Notes: generated by a model from the letters alone, not told the origin. Counted from the whole stretch's first letter, positions 23,341-36,632 are shown. The stretch: 63,514 bases of DNA, filler included, from Rhabdomonas costata (GCA_019059605.1; 38 parts of 38 records of this genome joined end to end with filler, not necessarily neighbours in it); one strand, 5' to 3'. Made by a program: numbers and translations.

Positions 23341-23793
23341 NNNNNNNNNNNNNNNNNNNNNNNNNNNNNNNNNNNNNNNNNNNNTTAATTAATTAANNNN
23401 NNNNNNNNNNNNNNNNNNNNNNNNNNNNNNNNNNNNNNNNGTGCTGGGTGTGTTTGGGGGGTGTGGGCGGGGATGTTCCCCTGGGTTTTGTTGCAGGCTG
23501 GACTCTGATACCCAGATAATGGTTCACAGGGGGAGGGGGTCGAGTTTCAGCTTAACCTCGAGAGCTTTGCTCGAGGCATTAGCCAAGTTGGGTCCCAAAC
23601 CATTCGGCTTTAAGTGAGAAGACGAAGGTTGACCTTGTCCATGACACCAAGGGACGGGACCATTTTGGGGGAGACCATGGTGCACACACAGCAGAGGGTT
23701 TTCCGACATCCATCCACTGCTAAGGCATCGAGGAGGGATGGACCACGGCCGGTCTGCACTCCAACCCAGCCACTCCTCACCCGATACTTGTAC

Positions 23794-24753
23794 CTTCTCC
23801 CGCAGAAGACCGAGATCCTCCACCGCCTGAGCCACCGCGCACTCGGTGCGGTACTTGACCTGAGCAATCACAGCGAAGCAAGGCATCAGGCAGCAGGTGT
23901 GCATTTCGTAAAGATTCGTGCACATATATATCAGTGTAAGAATCGCAACAAACGGTCGCAGCAACCCGCCTCCTGTTCTGAGCAAAGAGCTTGCGCAAGG
24001 GGAGAAGGGGGAGTATAGCTAGGACCGGCCTCCGTAACTGTTCAAAGGCCCTGTTGCGCTGCTCCGTGCTGATCGCCATCTTCGCGATGCACCGCATCAA
24101 CATGCCTCGCAGCGCCGCAAAGGGGCGCGGCTGAAGAGGGGAGAAACCCAGACAAAAAAGCACGAGACAGAGAGAGAGAGGATGAAAAAAAGCAATCCAG
24201 AAAATGTGAGGAATGACATCAATGACGAAAAATCACTTGGGCTGGTTTGAAAAAATCGGGTTCGTGGGATCCCATGAAAGCCGTTTACAAGGACTCTAAC
24301 CGGGCCCAAAAGTTAGCCAGAGAGATTCAGAAATGAAAAAACGGAAGCAGGAGAAGAAATCTTGACATAGACGGGAGGGACATGGACATCCTTCACAACC
24401 CACACACAAAATGTCCAAGGAAGGGAAACGTTTCGTTCACAGTGCACACCGCATTCGGTGAAGAATGGCGTCCGGCCCGCGCAAGTTCGGTCTCCAAGTC
24501 CCGAACGCTGCAGACCAACCCCGCCAGAACGTGCACAAAACCACGTCTGGTCTGTGAGAGAGAGTCTGAGATGTTTGAGAGGAAACGTTGTGGGCGCGAT
24601 GCACTTCTTGCCGCCACCATCCCCCTCGGCATACCGTGCCTCCAGCTCAGCCGCGCGGGCCTTCGCCGTGGCCAGCGCCAAGGCATCCTGCTGTGCCTGA
24701 CGGGAAAGCACCTCACAGCGCTGCGCCAACTCAGCGGCCTCCTTCAGCTGCAC
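23794..24753 (-). CDS. Coiled-coil protein fragment (4 exons)
   Basis: VQLKEAAELAQRCEVLSRQAQQDALALATAKARAAELEAR-VRDLETELAR...; GT-AG boundaries. Confidence 0.5.
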
Positions 24754-25114
24754 CTGGTGAAAAACGACACACTTTCCACACCACATTTATTGTTGTTTTA
24801 TTTTCTCTATTTTTTTCCAAGGAACCCACCACCAAGATGCACCCGGATGAGATCCTTTTATGTCTGTGTATCTCCACAATAAAAGCAGGCCTTCGTGCAC
24901 TACCTCTCAAGTTTTAGAGCGACATCCAAGGGCCAATCACCTCTTTCCCAGAATCTCAGAAATTATGGGCATCAAAGACATTTGTTCCAAAACACCCCAA
25001 CCACACCCACCACANNNNNNNNNNNNNNNNNNNNNNNNNNNNNNNNNNNNNNNNNNNNTTAATTAATTAANNNNNNNNNNNNNNNNNNNNNNNNNNNNNN
25101 NNNNNNNNNNNNNN

Positions 25115-25346
25115 GGGGTGTGTGAACACGCTGTTCGACTCCATTGTGCAGATCTCTTTCGAGTACACAATGGAGTCGAACAGCGTGTTCACACAGGCCC
25201 TCCTCGACTGCATAGCTGTACCAGGCGTTAGCCTGGTTGACGCCATGAGAGACGTCCACAGTCAGGTACTATCTGCCACGGACGACGCCCAGAGGGTGTG
25301 GGTGCAGGCACGCATGGCGGAGGCCTTCTACGTCAACTCCGCCGCG
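25115..25346 (+). CDS. C-terminal (p10-like) part of a peptidase C14 caspase-like domain
   Basis: NSVFTQALLDCIAVPGVSLVDAMRDVHSQVLSATDDAQRVWVQARMAEAFY resembles the NSxFTxALL..PG..V...T...QxPW....FY tail of caspase/paracaspase-type domains; ends at a GTGAGT donor. Confidence 0.6.
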
Positions 25347-25443
25347 GTGAGTACTTTTTGTACTTTTTGCATAGCCCCCCAACGCCAGCGTGTAAACCTC
25401 TCACGCGTTTCATTGTCGTTTTCACTGTGTTCCAGTGTGCACT

Positions 25444-25561
25444 CCAGTGTGCATATGTTTGCTGTTTGCCTGCCCAGTGGTCTCAGACCCAGAGACCACG
25501 GGGCAGGCAAACAGTAAACATATGCACACTGGGACCACGGGGCAGGCAAACAGCAAACATA
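25444..25561. repeat. Intronic 41-bp hairpin plus a tandem partial copy of the right arm
   Basis: Arms 25444-25484 and 25492-25532 (2 mismatches, 7-nt loop); 25533-25561 repeats the right arm. Confidence 0.85.
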
Positions 25562-27417
25562 AGGTTCAGCTGCTGTTGTGTTGCGACTTGAACTGTTGAC
25601 AATAACCCGAATGAGGGATGAGGGGCTTATGGGCAGTGTAAAGCTTTATCTTGCGTGGTTGGTGTCGCAGACTGCGGCTGTTTTTGTTCTGACTTGCATT
25701 CCTTCACCAATGCTTGACCATATTTTTGCGGTTTGGTCCGTGTCCGCCTGTCTTGCTCACTCTCGGTACCTGGACTTTGTTTTACCTCTACCTCTATGCT
25801 ACTGCTTTCGACACAGTTAGTGTTGGTCCGGCTATCTTCGTCAAGGGAAAAGAGTAGGCAACCATTTCCTTGTGTACTGCTCAGACTTTCGCGTACACTA
25901 CACTTGCAGGAAAGCGATCACTTCTTTCTCGGTTGCAGGCTTAGGTCTCTTTTTCCACGTTACCACATTCTCAGTTGTTATGGCTAATGGACACGAAAAG
26001 GCCAATTCGCACATAAACTTTCTTTGCGCACGCTTTTTGTGCACGATTTGTATCCCGTTTTCCCACATCACCATCACTCCTTTGTGCCACTTGCGAACCA
26101 CATTAATAACCGGAGGCAAACTTCTTCTGTATCCTCCAGAGAAGTTGCGTTTTTCTCCCTAAGGTGAGCTCACGCGACGAGTCGCAGCCAGAGCCGGAAG
26201 TGGCGGCTCCACCGCCTCGGGTCTCCTCAAGGGTATCACCCGACGTGTCCTGGGGGGAGGGGGTGCTGTTTTGGGGACCATCGCCCATTGTTTGCTGTCG
26301 TCTCCCATCGTCTCGTCGTCTCGTTTTTGTTCCTGCCCCCGGGGCTTCAACACTGCAGCAAACGACTGTTTTATTCGAAAACTTCTGTTTTCCGGTGCCC
26401 GCGCGCACGCCCTGCGCAGGCGAACAAATCAAGGCACAGCAACCCAGTCACGGTGTCCAGCAACCAGAACAACGATTATCGACCATCATGGGTGAAATTT
26501 CCGGCGGTAATCGACCAGTGAAAACGTGCGTCCGCTGCCAATCCGCTCGGTCTCAACATTTATCCCTCACATCTTCTTCCCTGCCCCTCGTTATTTTTGT
26601 TTGCTGGCAACCCCCACAGCGCTTCACTGTAGTCATCAACAACCGCGAGCCCTATATTTCTGAACTTGTTCCCAACACACCCACCACANNNNNNNNNNNN
26701 NNNNNNNNNNNNNNNNNNNNNNNNNNNNNNNNTTAATTAATTAANNNNNNNNNNNNNNNNNNNNNNNNNNNNNNNNNNNNNNNNNNNNGGGTTGGGACAA
26801 TGAGCACACAGTGGGACAATTCAACACATACTGGAGGGAAGTGTGCGCCGTGGTCAACCTGGAAGAGGATGCACGATTGGGAGAAGACGGGCCACCTTAC
26901 TCCACCATCATGACATGTGACCTTCGCTACCACTGTGATGCATGCATGCTTCGGTCAGTCACTGCTGGTGGATCCATCACGCTCACTTGCTGGGCTCTTT
27001 CACCCTCGGTAGTTGTTAGTTGTTGTGTTGGTCCAGTGCTCCTTCATCACCAATATTCTTCGCGTATTTCTCACCTAAATCATATACTCCTATACCCCTT
27101 GGGATTGAAAGGCAATACCCTCGATGTTCGTGACCTCAGCATTCGTCGAACTCACTCACTACCTCTCCAACAAGGAACAGTCTTTCCCACCCAGGATCCC
27201 GGAGCGCCGCGGCAGTGGTTGGTGTTGCTCTTGCTGGCTGTTTTTTTGTGTATGCTTCAGGTTTCTGTGCACGTGCAAGTTCGTCCAATCTTTCCCTCCC
27301 TACTATTGTTTATTCCTCCTTTCTCTATTTGTACGTTTGCCAACCACCCCCCATAACTACTATTTAAGCCGGAGTTTTCCCCTCCAACGTCCCCCCTGCA
27401 CGGAACGGAAGTGAAGG

Positions 27418-28145
27418 ATGGCCCACCCTAGCGTCACACACATCCTGGAAGTGGAGAGCACTACAATGGACTTCAGCCCGATTCATTTGGTGTTCAACCA
27501 GCTGGCTGCAGAAGGCCAGCTTCCCAAGGGAGCGCTCGGGGAGCTGGTGAGGTACACCAAAACCCGACAAGAAAGAGGAAATGGGGAAGCGGAAGGGAAG
27601 GCTGTCGTATGTTCCGGCAAGGGTGGTGGAAGGACAGCAGGAGCGCTTCGAACCATTTGCTGCTCTGTGGATGTGCTACTTAAGTGTCAGTTCATATTTG
27701 TGGCGGACAACCTCCGTGAAGTGAAAGACTGATTGCAGACAACACCAATAACCAAGTTTTTTTTGCTCCTTCACTATAGATCGCCCAGCTGAATTTATGC
27801 ATGTCTTGAGGTGCACCCACCACCACTGCTCACACCAAGGGTGGTTTGGCCGTTCCAGAACAAGGTTCAAGGAGGCCAGAGTTCCTTTCCCCTTCCCCAG
27901 TGTTTTTTCTGCACTCGCATTGGATGAGTTGCTGCCGTTACTAATTGTGCAGGAGGACCGCCGTTCTTGAGGAGGAGGCCTCCACCGAGCTGGAGCTGGA
28001 AGAGGCTCTTCGCGTCGTCCGAGAGCGCAGCCCCGACCGTCCGTACAACCCAGACTTCCTCACTCTGGAGGAAGTCCAGCAGCTTGTGCAGCTGCTAAGC
28101 AACAGCATGGGCACGCGGTCGAGTACCCGAGAAAATCTTGTGAAG
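27418..28145 (+). CDS. N-terminal exons of a possible degenerate EF-hand protein
   Basis: LVFNQLAAEGQLPKGALGELVR...TELELEEALRVV...DFLTLEEVQQLV; only helical-pattern similarity. Confidence 0.3.
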
Positions 28146-28491
28146 GTATCCAGGAAGGCAAAAATAGAAACACGCAAAAGTCTCCTTGTTAGGCTGCAAA
28201 AAAAAGATTCTTTTTTTTCTGGCAATTTCACTTGAGTTTTTTTTTCCTTGTTGACAAGCAGTGGCATCGCCGTTTTAAAAAAAGGATCGGCTGAAAGTCC
28301 CGGAGGAGAGCACGGGTGCACTCCTCCGGGACTTTCAGCCGATCCTTTTTTTAAAACCACAANNNNNNNNNNNNNNNNNNNNNNNNNNNNNNNNNNNNNN
28401 NNNNNNTTAATTAATTAANNNNNNNNNNNNNNNNNNNNNNNNNNNNNNNNNNNNNNNNNNNNTGTTGGGGGTGGGGTGGGGCGCGTGACAG

Positions 28492-28663
28492 GTGGGTGAG
28501 CTACATTCTGCCCACGATGTGGGCCTCTGAGTCGATGCGAAGCATGTGCCTGCGGGGCTGGCCCCTTTCGGCCTTCCACGTGTACATGGGTTTTGTTGCG
28601 ATTGTGGCCTTTCTCACTGTGCTCCTCGTGGTGGGAACCATGCTGCTTCGGAACCGCCGCTGA
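28492..28663 (+). CDS. Terminal exon of an ABC-2-type permease (ABCH/ABCG23-like) transporter
   Basis: WVSYILPTMWASESMRSMCLRGWPL + TM helix + LRNRR*; preceded by an AG acceptor. Confidence 0.7.
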
Positions 28664-31600
28664 GGCAGCGACCGATTCTGTGTTTTACTTGCGGGGTGGA
28701 GTTTTGCATTCTGCGTTTTCCACCGTCGCTGAAACCCGGATGAACGGCTGAAGAATTGGAAGTCGGGGCGAAGCTTCTCTGCTGCTACTGCTACTGCTGC
28801 TGCGGAAGATGACAAGCCTGGCGATTTCGAGATTTTGGTGGCGGAGTGGCGAGTGCCATTCCAGAATCCGAATTTACGCTGGGGGAACTGTCTGATCTTC
28901 TGCGGAGAAGGGCTTGCTGCCTTCCATTGGCACAGAAGTCAGCGATGTCACGTGGAACACTTGATAGAATTCGTGGTAATTTTGTTGGGAGGCTCAGCAA
29001 CGTTGTCTGAGATTGCTAAAAACATGAGTTTGGGTTCCTCAACCAACAGACAAGAGCGCACACCAAGAGCACAAGGGTACGCACACACAACGCTGTGATC
29101 GATTGTGCAAAGTGTACCCCACAGAGCACGGAGGATGATAAAGGCAATCGGGAGCCAATGCTTTCGCTGAACGCATGGCTTTCGCAGCAGCCAGCCGTGG
29201 GTGCTTGATGAACATCCCCGGCTTACTCTTCGTTGACCCGGTGGTGTTGTCTCGCATGGATGTCAACCCTGCTCACACAGAGAGCCTATTTCTTCCGCCT
29301 TTCTCCCAACCACACACCGTTTGTGTGGGTCTGTTTTCGGTTGCCCTTGCCTTGTAAGTGCAGCAGAGAATGGACTTCGCCTACTTTCCCGCGGCCGTCC
29401 CAGGGGTGCTGCTGGGGGATATTCTGCTGAGCTCCGTAGGGGTGTGCGTGCCTCCAGCCCGGCACAGACAGAAACACGCACACACACACACACAAGGAGC
29501 GTTTAGCTGCCCCTATTAACGCATTTGCACTGTGCGCTTGTAATTGGATTGAGATGCTGGGGCAGAAAAAAAATTGCCGCTGCGTATCGAGGTCAATAGC
29601 ACACCTTTGTATGTAATGTACGATATTGTAGGCGTGGGTTGCAGGACACTGGGGGAGTATTTTGCGTTTCCGCGCCTCCCTCATCAAGCTTTTCGTCCTG
29701 TGGTGACGCTCACACGCACAAATGAGCTGTTTGGGGCGCTGCCCATTCATAAATTCTTCATTTTTTTTGCGCGGACGAGACGCGAAGCCTCAAAAGGCCT
29801 CTATAAAGCCTTTGGGGTACCATAAACCGAACCGTCACTGCCAACTTCGGTGCCAGAATAAAGCTCTGAACCTCTGAACCTCTGAACTACCACAGCAGCC
29901 TTGGCTGATGTCTGGCATGCAGGCCGAAGATCCAAGCAGAAGTAAGTGGTTAGTTTTGCCTCCCATATACGGTTCACACCCCCTTGCTCAGGGGGCGCTG
30001 CAGGCCAACATCCTTCCCGCAGCCTTCGTGCCTGTGNNNNNNNNNNNNNNNNNNNNNNNNNNNNNNNNNNNNNNNNNNNNTTAATTAATTAANNNNNNNN
30101 NNNNNNNNNNNNNNNNNNNNNNNNNNNNNNNNNNNNGTTGTGTGTGATGATTTTTCCTCCGCTCCTTATCTGCACCTCCCCAGGTAACGGTGGACAATGT
30201 GCCTCAACCGATTGTGAATGTTTCCGGGACTTCAAAGTACTTGGCCTCTGGAGTTAGTCAGGTTTGACTACTTGTTTTACCTTCTTCGACGTGTTGTTCT
30301 GTTGGTCGCGTCGACTAATGCGCACTGGTATTACGTTCACCCTGTAATGTAATTATGTTGGAGTTTGATTACACTATGATTGTAACATCAGTGTCAACTA
30401 ACCTCGGTATAAATTGATGCAAAAAAAAATTGGACTCGGCGCCGCAACCGTCCTAAAGCTCTGGAGACACCTTTGGATCTGCCGTGATGTTCCAATTCCC
30501 CCAAAAAAATCCCATTCCATAAATTGCGTTCAATGTTCTAAAATTGTGTTCTATTTACTAAAAGGGGTCAACAATAGCCATGATAATTCATCAATCAGAT
30601 AATTCTTCCAGAATCCTTATTTTGCGGCTCGATGGCTTTGACCCCGCAGTGAGTTGAAGTGAGCTTTCAGGAAAGAAGCCCCCGGATAAAAACTGGTCCA
30701 AAAAAAACAATTAATGTATTGAATTTTGAAGAAAAAGGCTGATTGAATATCAGTAGCGATCAGTTGTCAATACGTTTACATAATATTGTATCCTTATCGT
30801 TTTGTGAGCTTCATATTTTGGTTTGGAAATGGCACGCTTTAATCACCTCCAACGCAGACGGTATTCACAAGGGTCACCATACCCATTCCCCCTTCTTCGG
30901 CGGGGGCTCGACCTGTCATCCGGCTGATCTATTCCAAGGATGCCACCTTGGCCGCGGGCTTGGACGCTGTGCGAATTCGGTCTCTTTGCTTTTCTCCTCG
31001 ATTTTCAAGTTTTTGCAACACTGGAGCACTGGGATGCTGTGCTAGAATGCTGTTTGGACTCAAAGCGAGCTGCAGTTTTCCAGCCTACCAGCTATTGGGG
31101 TCGTCAGGCTTTCGGGTTATGGGCAAAGAATTCGGGTACGGATTCGCTGTGGCAACAGACTCTAGCACTCTGTGGTTCGTTCAGTTTTTTTAACAACAAA
31201 TCAACGACGTTTTCAGATGCAATTCCACGAATTTGAGAACAACGTCAACAGCAATGTTTCCAGTTTGGGGGGGGGGGTAGCAACGTTAAAAACCGTTTAT
31301 CAGCGTCCAACGATAAGGTTCAAAATTCTGCTAATAGGCTCGGCCTCCAGAAAACCCCCTCATATGTCGGTATGTGTGGCACGTGACTTCAAGAACTCCA
31401 TCCCCCCCCCGGCGTTGCCGCCTCAGCGGCCCGCTCGGGCGCTGGTCTTCGCCACTGAAATAACTGTGTTCCTGTTGTGCATCTCCTGGGCCCATCGCCG
31501 TTCCCGGGCAAATTTACCGAAGTCAGAAATACCGAGGAAAGGTATTGGATTGGGAAACGAACACACGACGTTAAAGCGGTTTAACGCTGTCAAACACCCC

Positions 31601-32477
31601 CCCCCCAAAAAAAAACAAATGCATCGGGCCGAAAGACTATGATTAAATTAAATTGCAGCGAAACTCTGTAACGTAGACACTGAGTGGGCTCCCCGGAATC
31701 AAACCCACCCNNNNNNNNNNNNNNNNNNNNNNNNNNNNNNNNNNNNNNNNNNNNTTAATTAATTAANNNNNNNNNNNNNNNNNNNNNNNNNNNNNNNNNN
31801 NNNNNNNNNNTTTTGTGTGTGAGACTGGATATGAGAGAGACGGAAGGCGTTTCTTCGTGGAGATATCAAGGCCACAAGGCAGATTAGGGCTCGTCCGCAG
31901 ACATGGCAACAAGAAAGACTTTTTCGGGGCTTCTTGGTGCTTTTTCTTTGGGGGGGGGGTAAAGTACCGACAGCTCAGGTGTGCTTTATTGTACAGAACA
32001 GCAGTGGACTGAAACGCCTCGGTTGCATACTGAACGTTCCGGTGCTGCCTCACTTTCTCATTTCTCAGATGCAGCGAGTTGCGCCCAGGCTGCTTTAATG
32101 AAGAGGCTGAAGAGAATGCCCGTTGGTGTGCGCTATTCCCTCCTCATTGTTGTGCCTGTCCAGTTCCCTGGCTTTTGAACAATGGTCACAACCACTTGTC
32201 ATTTGTCTGCTCTGCTTGTTTGTTGTGTGTACCTCTACTTTCTGGGTTTCCAGATATCGTCACCATTGGGGGGACTTCCCCTTTTGATCCCCTATTGCAA
32301 GCCGATCGCTTGTATGACTTTCAATTAGCTTAGTTTGCATCATGAAAAGTCGGGGTCACCCCCTGCATCCCTGCATGTGCACCTTGATTCTCATCTCATC
32401 TCATTAAAGACCTATTTCAACAATTGGGGCAGACCTTAAATCACTCCACGAATGCCCACAGTCTTTTCACCGCTTAG

Positions 32478-32927
32478 TGAGCCTGACTCTGAGTCTTCCT
32501 TCGGAGCAAAGGGAGGACTTCCTGACGTCCATCCTCCAGGAGGCCTTTCCCGCACTCACCCGCATCGCCCTTCACGGGCCATGGACCGCAATCGGGGAGT
32601 TTGGCAGCGCTGAGGAAGCTCAGCGTGCCCTTCTCACCTCTCCTGTTAAAGCCCATGGCTCTCCACTGTACCTCAGCTGCACATCGGACTCCTCGCCGTC
32701 AAACAAGGTGGAGGTGTCGCTGCAGGCCTGGGTTGAGGCACAAGTCACACGGGCGATGAAGGCCGTGGCAGGGTCGGGATTGGCCTGGGTGATGTGTTCT
32801 ACCCGCGCCGAGGATCGGGAAAAGCTCACGGCTGGGTTTCTGAACACTTCGGTGGGGAATGCTGTGTGGGCGGTGAAGAAGATAACTGTGCTGGGCTATG
32901 ACTTCTCCTTGGGCGACGAAGGCTACG
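32478..32927 (+). CDS. Exon with a degenerate RRM-like domain
   Basis: AIGEFGSAEEAQRALLTSPVKAHGSPLYL resembles RNP1, helix B and beta4; AG/GT bounded. Confidence 0.45.
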
Positions 32928-33153
32928 GTGTGTGTACCCTGTGGATCGGGGGTCACATGGGGGCAAACCATCCCTCGTGACAAAAGAGAGGGGCAAGGCA
33001 TCGTGGACCGAGCGAGAAGGATGTGAGGCTCGATGGGCCCATGCCCCATCGAAAGTTCGGAGCCCATGGGGGTAAATGCATCTCGAGTCCACCCCACAAA
33101 AAATTCACCCTTGCTAAGTGCATAAAAGTGTGTGTTTGTGTGTGTACCTGAAG
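32928..33153 (+). repeat. Dispersed intron-associated repeat, copy B
   Basis: Begins at the GT donor after ...DEGY-G, homologous to 14625-14835, ends ACCTGAAG like copy C. Confidence 0.8.
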
Positions 33154-35741
33154 TAGTATGTGCATCACAGACATGCGAGAAAGAGAGGCTTACTTGCCGT
33201 AAACCAGACTTGGGCGAGCCCAGAGGGGTGGAGTTCCTTAAACCTGCGCCATTGAAGTCTCTTTCAACTACCTTCACCCACCAGACAGAGTTGTGACCCG
33301 CACCCCAGACCAGCGGCAGGAAGCGGGATAAAACTCGAAAGCCCAGCTGTGCGCAGAAAGACCTCCACTGTAACCACCCAACCCNNNNNNNNNNNNNNNN
33401 NNNNNNNNNNNNNNNNNNNNNNNNNNNNTTAATTAATTAANNNNNNNNNNNNNNNNNNNNNNNNNNNNNNNNNNNNNNNNNNNNGGGTTTGGTTCTGGAG
33501 GATGAGGCGGCTGGGGATGTCGGCGTTGGTCCCTCAGGTGACCGGTGACCCCCTTCCCCCTTCCCATTGCGAGAGACCACCAAGCATTTTACACCGCACT
33601 GCTGCGCCCTACATTGGGGGGGGGGCTCTTTCATAGACTGCAACGGAAAAAGGTTAGGCGATCACCCATCCTCTGGGGTACACTTGTGCATCCTGAGGCC
33701 CTTGCAAAAATTCCTGCGGCCAACAAATGCACGCGTCCCGTTGGACAAGTTGTTTCTATCGCAGGGTGCTTAACAGCACGCAAGTGTCCCCAAGGGCTCC
33801 ACCATGAAGACCATGCATGGGGTCAGAGGGCGATTCACAGGCCCCCTAATGTCCCAGATTCTCCGCCGTTTAGCTGGAGGACGCCGCCTAAGAGCTGGAG
33901 GACTGAGGTCTGGCCATTTCTATAACAGGGGCAGCAGGAAATGCGCTTTCTGGAATTGTGCTCTTGGCCCCGCTTGTGGGAGAGGGGACGATAAATATAT
34001 GCTGAAAGCAGCTTTACGGCTCCTTTGTCGTTCTTCGCCTTGTGGTGTGATCTGCGGATTTCGAACTGTTCATCATATAGAGGATGCGAGGGACCCATGC
34101 GGGCGTGACTTGTCCATAATCGACAAAACCTGCAGTCAGGAAGCAACGGAAACTGGCATACACCGGTGCAAACAAAAACATATGATGTTGTCGAAAATGC
34201 CTACAGGGCGTCCCCCCCCCCCAACACAAAAATCCCCAAGTCAAGAATTCCGTGTCCTTGCGTTATATAATCTTTTTCTAAGTAGCGACCCACTTGAATG
34301 CGAGTTTGAAGTGACATGGGACCACACTGACGGGAATGGTCGAAATCACGGGGAAAACTTACGTCGAGGGAGTGTGTGTTAGAAGGTCACCCAACGGACA
34401 CAACCCCGAGGAGGGCGGTGACATTCGAGGGAGGGGGTAGCGCTCCGACCGAGGAGCTGATTGCTGCTGCGGAGGACTGAGGCAAGGCTTCTTCCTCAGC
34501 GGTTCCAGAAGGGCGTCGCGTGGCTTTGGGGGGCTGGGCGTGGGCCTTGGCCTTATCACGGGTCTCTGTTGGGCCTCGCTGGAACTTCTCCAGGTCCGAG
34601 ACGAGGCTCTGGTGTGCTGTGCGGAGGAGGGTGACCGAGGCGGTACACTCACGGAGCAGCTCGGTCATGGCCGCACAGGCAGTGGAGAAGAACGCCTGCA
34701 GAGAAAAAATGTTAACTCTACAAAAGCTCCATGCAATTACACCAGAAATTGAGGGCAGCAACGAACCCAGTGGGGGCTTGGGGGACATTATTCACAGTTC
34801 ACAGGTGACTTTGTCCGCGGGAAAAGGACAGAAACCTTCAGTGGCCATTCCAGTGCAGGATGAAGCAGGATGGAGCTCAAATGGATCGCAGGTGCACAGT
34901 CGTGTCCAGAGTTTCTGCTCAAACGACGAACCATAGACAAAGCAGAGCCAGCGTTTCACCTTGGGTTGAGGGAGGTCGAGGTCTGGGGCGGACTTTCCCG
35001 CGGCGAGCTGGAGCTCTTGGAGCTCACGGACGTGGCCCGAGGCGGGAAAGTCCCCCCCNNNNNNNNNNNNNNNNNNNNNNNNNNNNNNNNNNNNNNNNNN
35101 NNTTAATTAATTAANNNNNNNNNNNNNNNNNNNNNNNNNNNNNNNNNNNNNNNNNNNNGGTGTAGCGTTGACGTTTATCTTCCGAATTGTTGCGGTGAGT
35201 GGGTGAGCGGGGCTGTCTGAAACTTTCCAGTCTGTTGTCTTTGATTTTTTGCGAAATTGGACGGGAAAGTATTTTGTTTTGCATGTTGAAGGTAGGGTCT
35301 CCAGTTTTGGCCTTTCCCTCGTTGAAGGTGTCCTCAGTTTCTTTGTCGTTTTTTTCATTTGATTTAGTTTTGCTTCTTTCCTGCGATCTACATTTGTTGT
35401 GCAGTTTGATGCAGGTGCCCTGACCCATGGCTCAGGGCCCTTGCTCAAGCACGGGCCATCCAAACCCCCCAGATAATCCGCAGGTCAACTGTGCATTCTG
35501 TCATCTGGTGGGCTTGCTGTTATTTTGTAGTTGAGTAACCACTGCGCAACTGTCTTTTATTGACTCAAGTCCCAACGCCCACCTCCCAGATGTTGGATTC
35601 AGCCCCGCAACGTGTTTTAATTGTGTGTCGGGTGACGGGGCTGTCGCCGCACGCGGCACGAAAAAAAACCCACTCAATTTAGGATTATCACCACCACCAC
35701 CACCACCACCACCGCACACTTCGCAGAACCACGCGGAGCCT

Positions 35742-36632
35742 ATGCAGAGCGATACCGATGGAGAGGCTGGGGAGGCACCTTGCCCTGCAGTAACCAGCAG
35801 CAGCAGCAGCAGTGGACCGCCCTCCCCGCCCCCGCTGTGTGGGGCTGAATCGCCCTCTCGGCACCCCCTGCTGCATTGGCCCTTTGACATTGTGAGGGTG
35901 GTCACCACCTTCCTGCCGCTGCGGCAGTTATGGAGGCTGCGACGGGTGTGTGCATGTGGGCATACGGGGCTGCCAGTCAGGAAAGTCCGAGGAGAGAGAA
36001 GAATAAGATTACGAGCGGGTGGTTTCCCCACGCTAACGATCCAGGAAGTCCCATTGGGACTGGGAAAGTGACTGAAAGGCACGAGTATCCTGCCTTTTCC
36101 GCGCTTTATGGTTGCTTGCACAACTGAATCTACCGAACATTCCGTTTTTGGGGTTTTCCGTGATTCTTTGCCATCTTTTCCACCCCCAAAAAGTCCGTGG
36201 AATGAACGAGGGTGGAGACCCCCTTCCCGGGCTCGAAGGGAACCAAGGCTGTGGCTGGAGACTGTGTGTGGGCTTCCGGTTCATGGGAGCAGGTTGCCGT
36301 GTGGGGTGCTGGAAGCACGAGATTAGAACTTTAGAGGACAGTTTGCAAAGCAGAAAATCGAATCTTCTGAAACTTCCTTTCAGTTTGAGATTCCCCGCGT
36401 TTTATCCTCCGCAGGTTTTGGTAGACAGGTTCTTGTTCCCGGACGAAGCTGTCTTGTGGTTCTGCTTTTATTTGGGTGGCGGGAAAGCCGTCGGAGAAAA
36501 AGCTTGTCTCTTTTTCCTTCTCCTTTTCCTCCTCGATGTTTTCAGGTTTCACGGGCTGCCTTCCTGGCCTTGGTGGAGGCTCGGCTGTCCGAGGCCATCG
36601 CGGTGGCGGAGGTGGTGGAACTGCTGCGCAAG
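35742..36632 (+). CDS. F-box protein N-terminal fragment (exons 35742-35945, 36546-~36632)
   Basis: LLHWPFDIVRVVTTFLPLRQLWRLRR|VSRAAF fits the F-box pattern. Confidence 0.65.
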
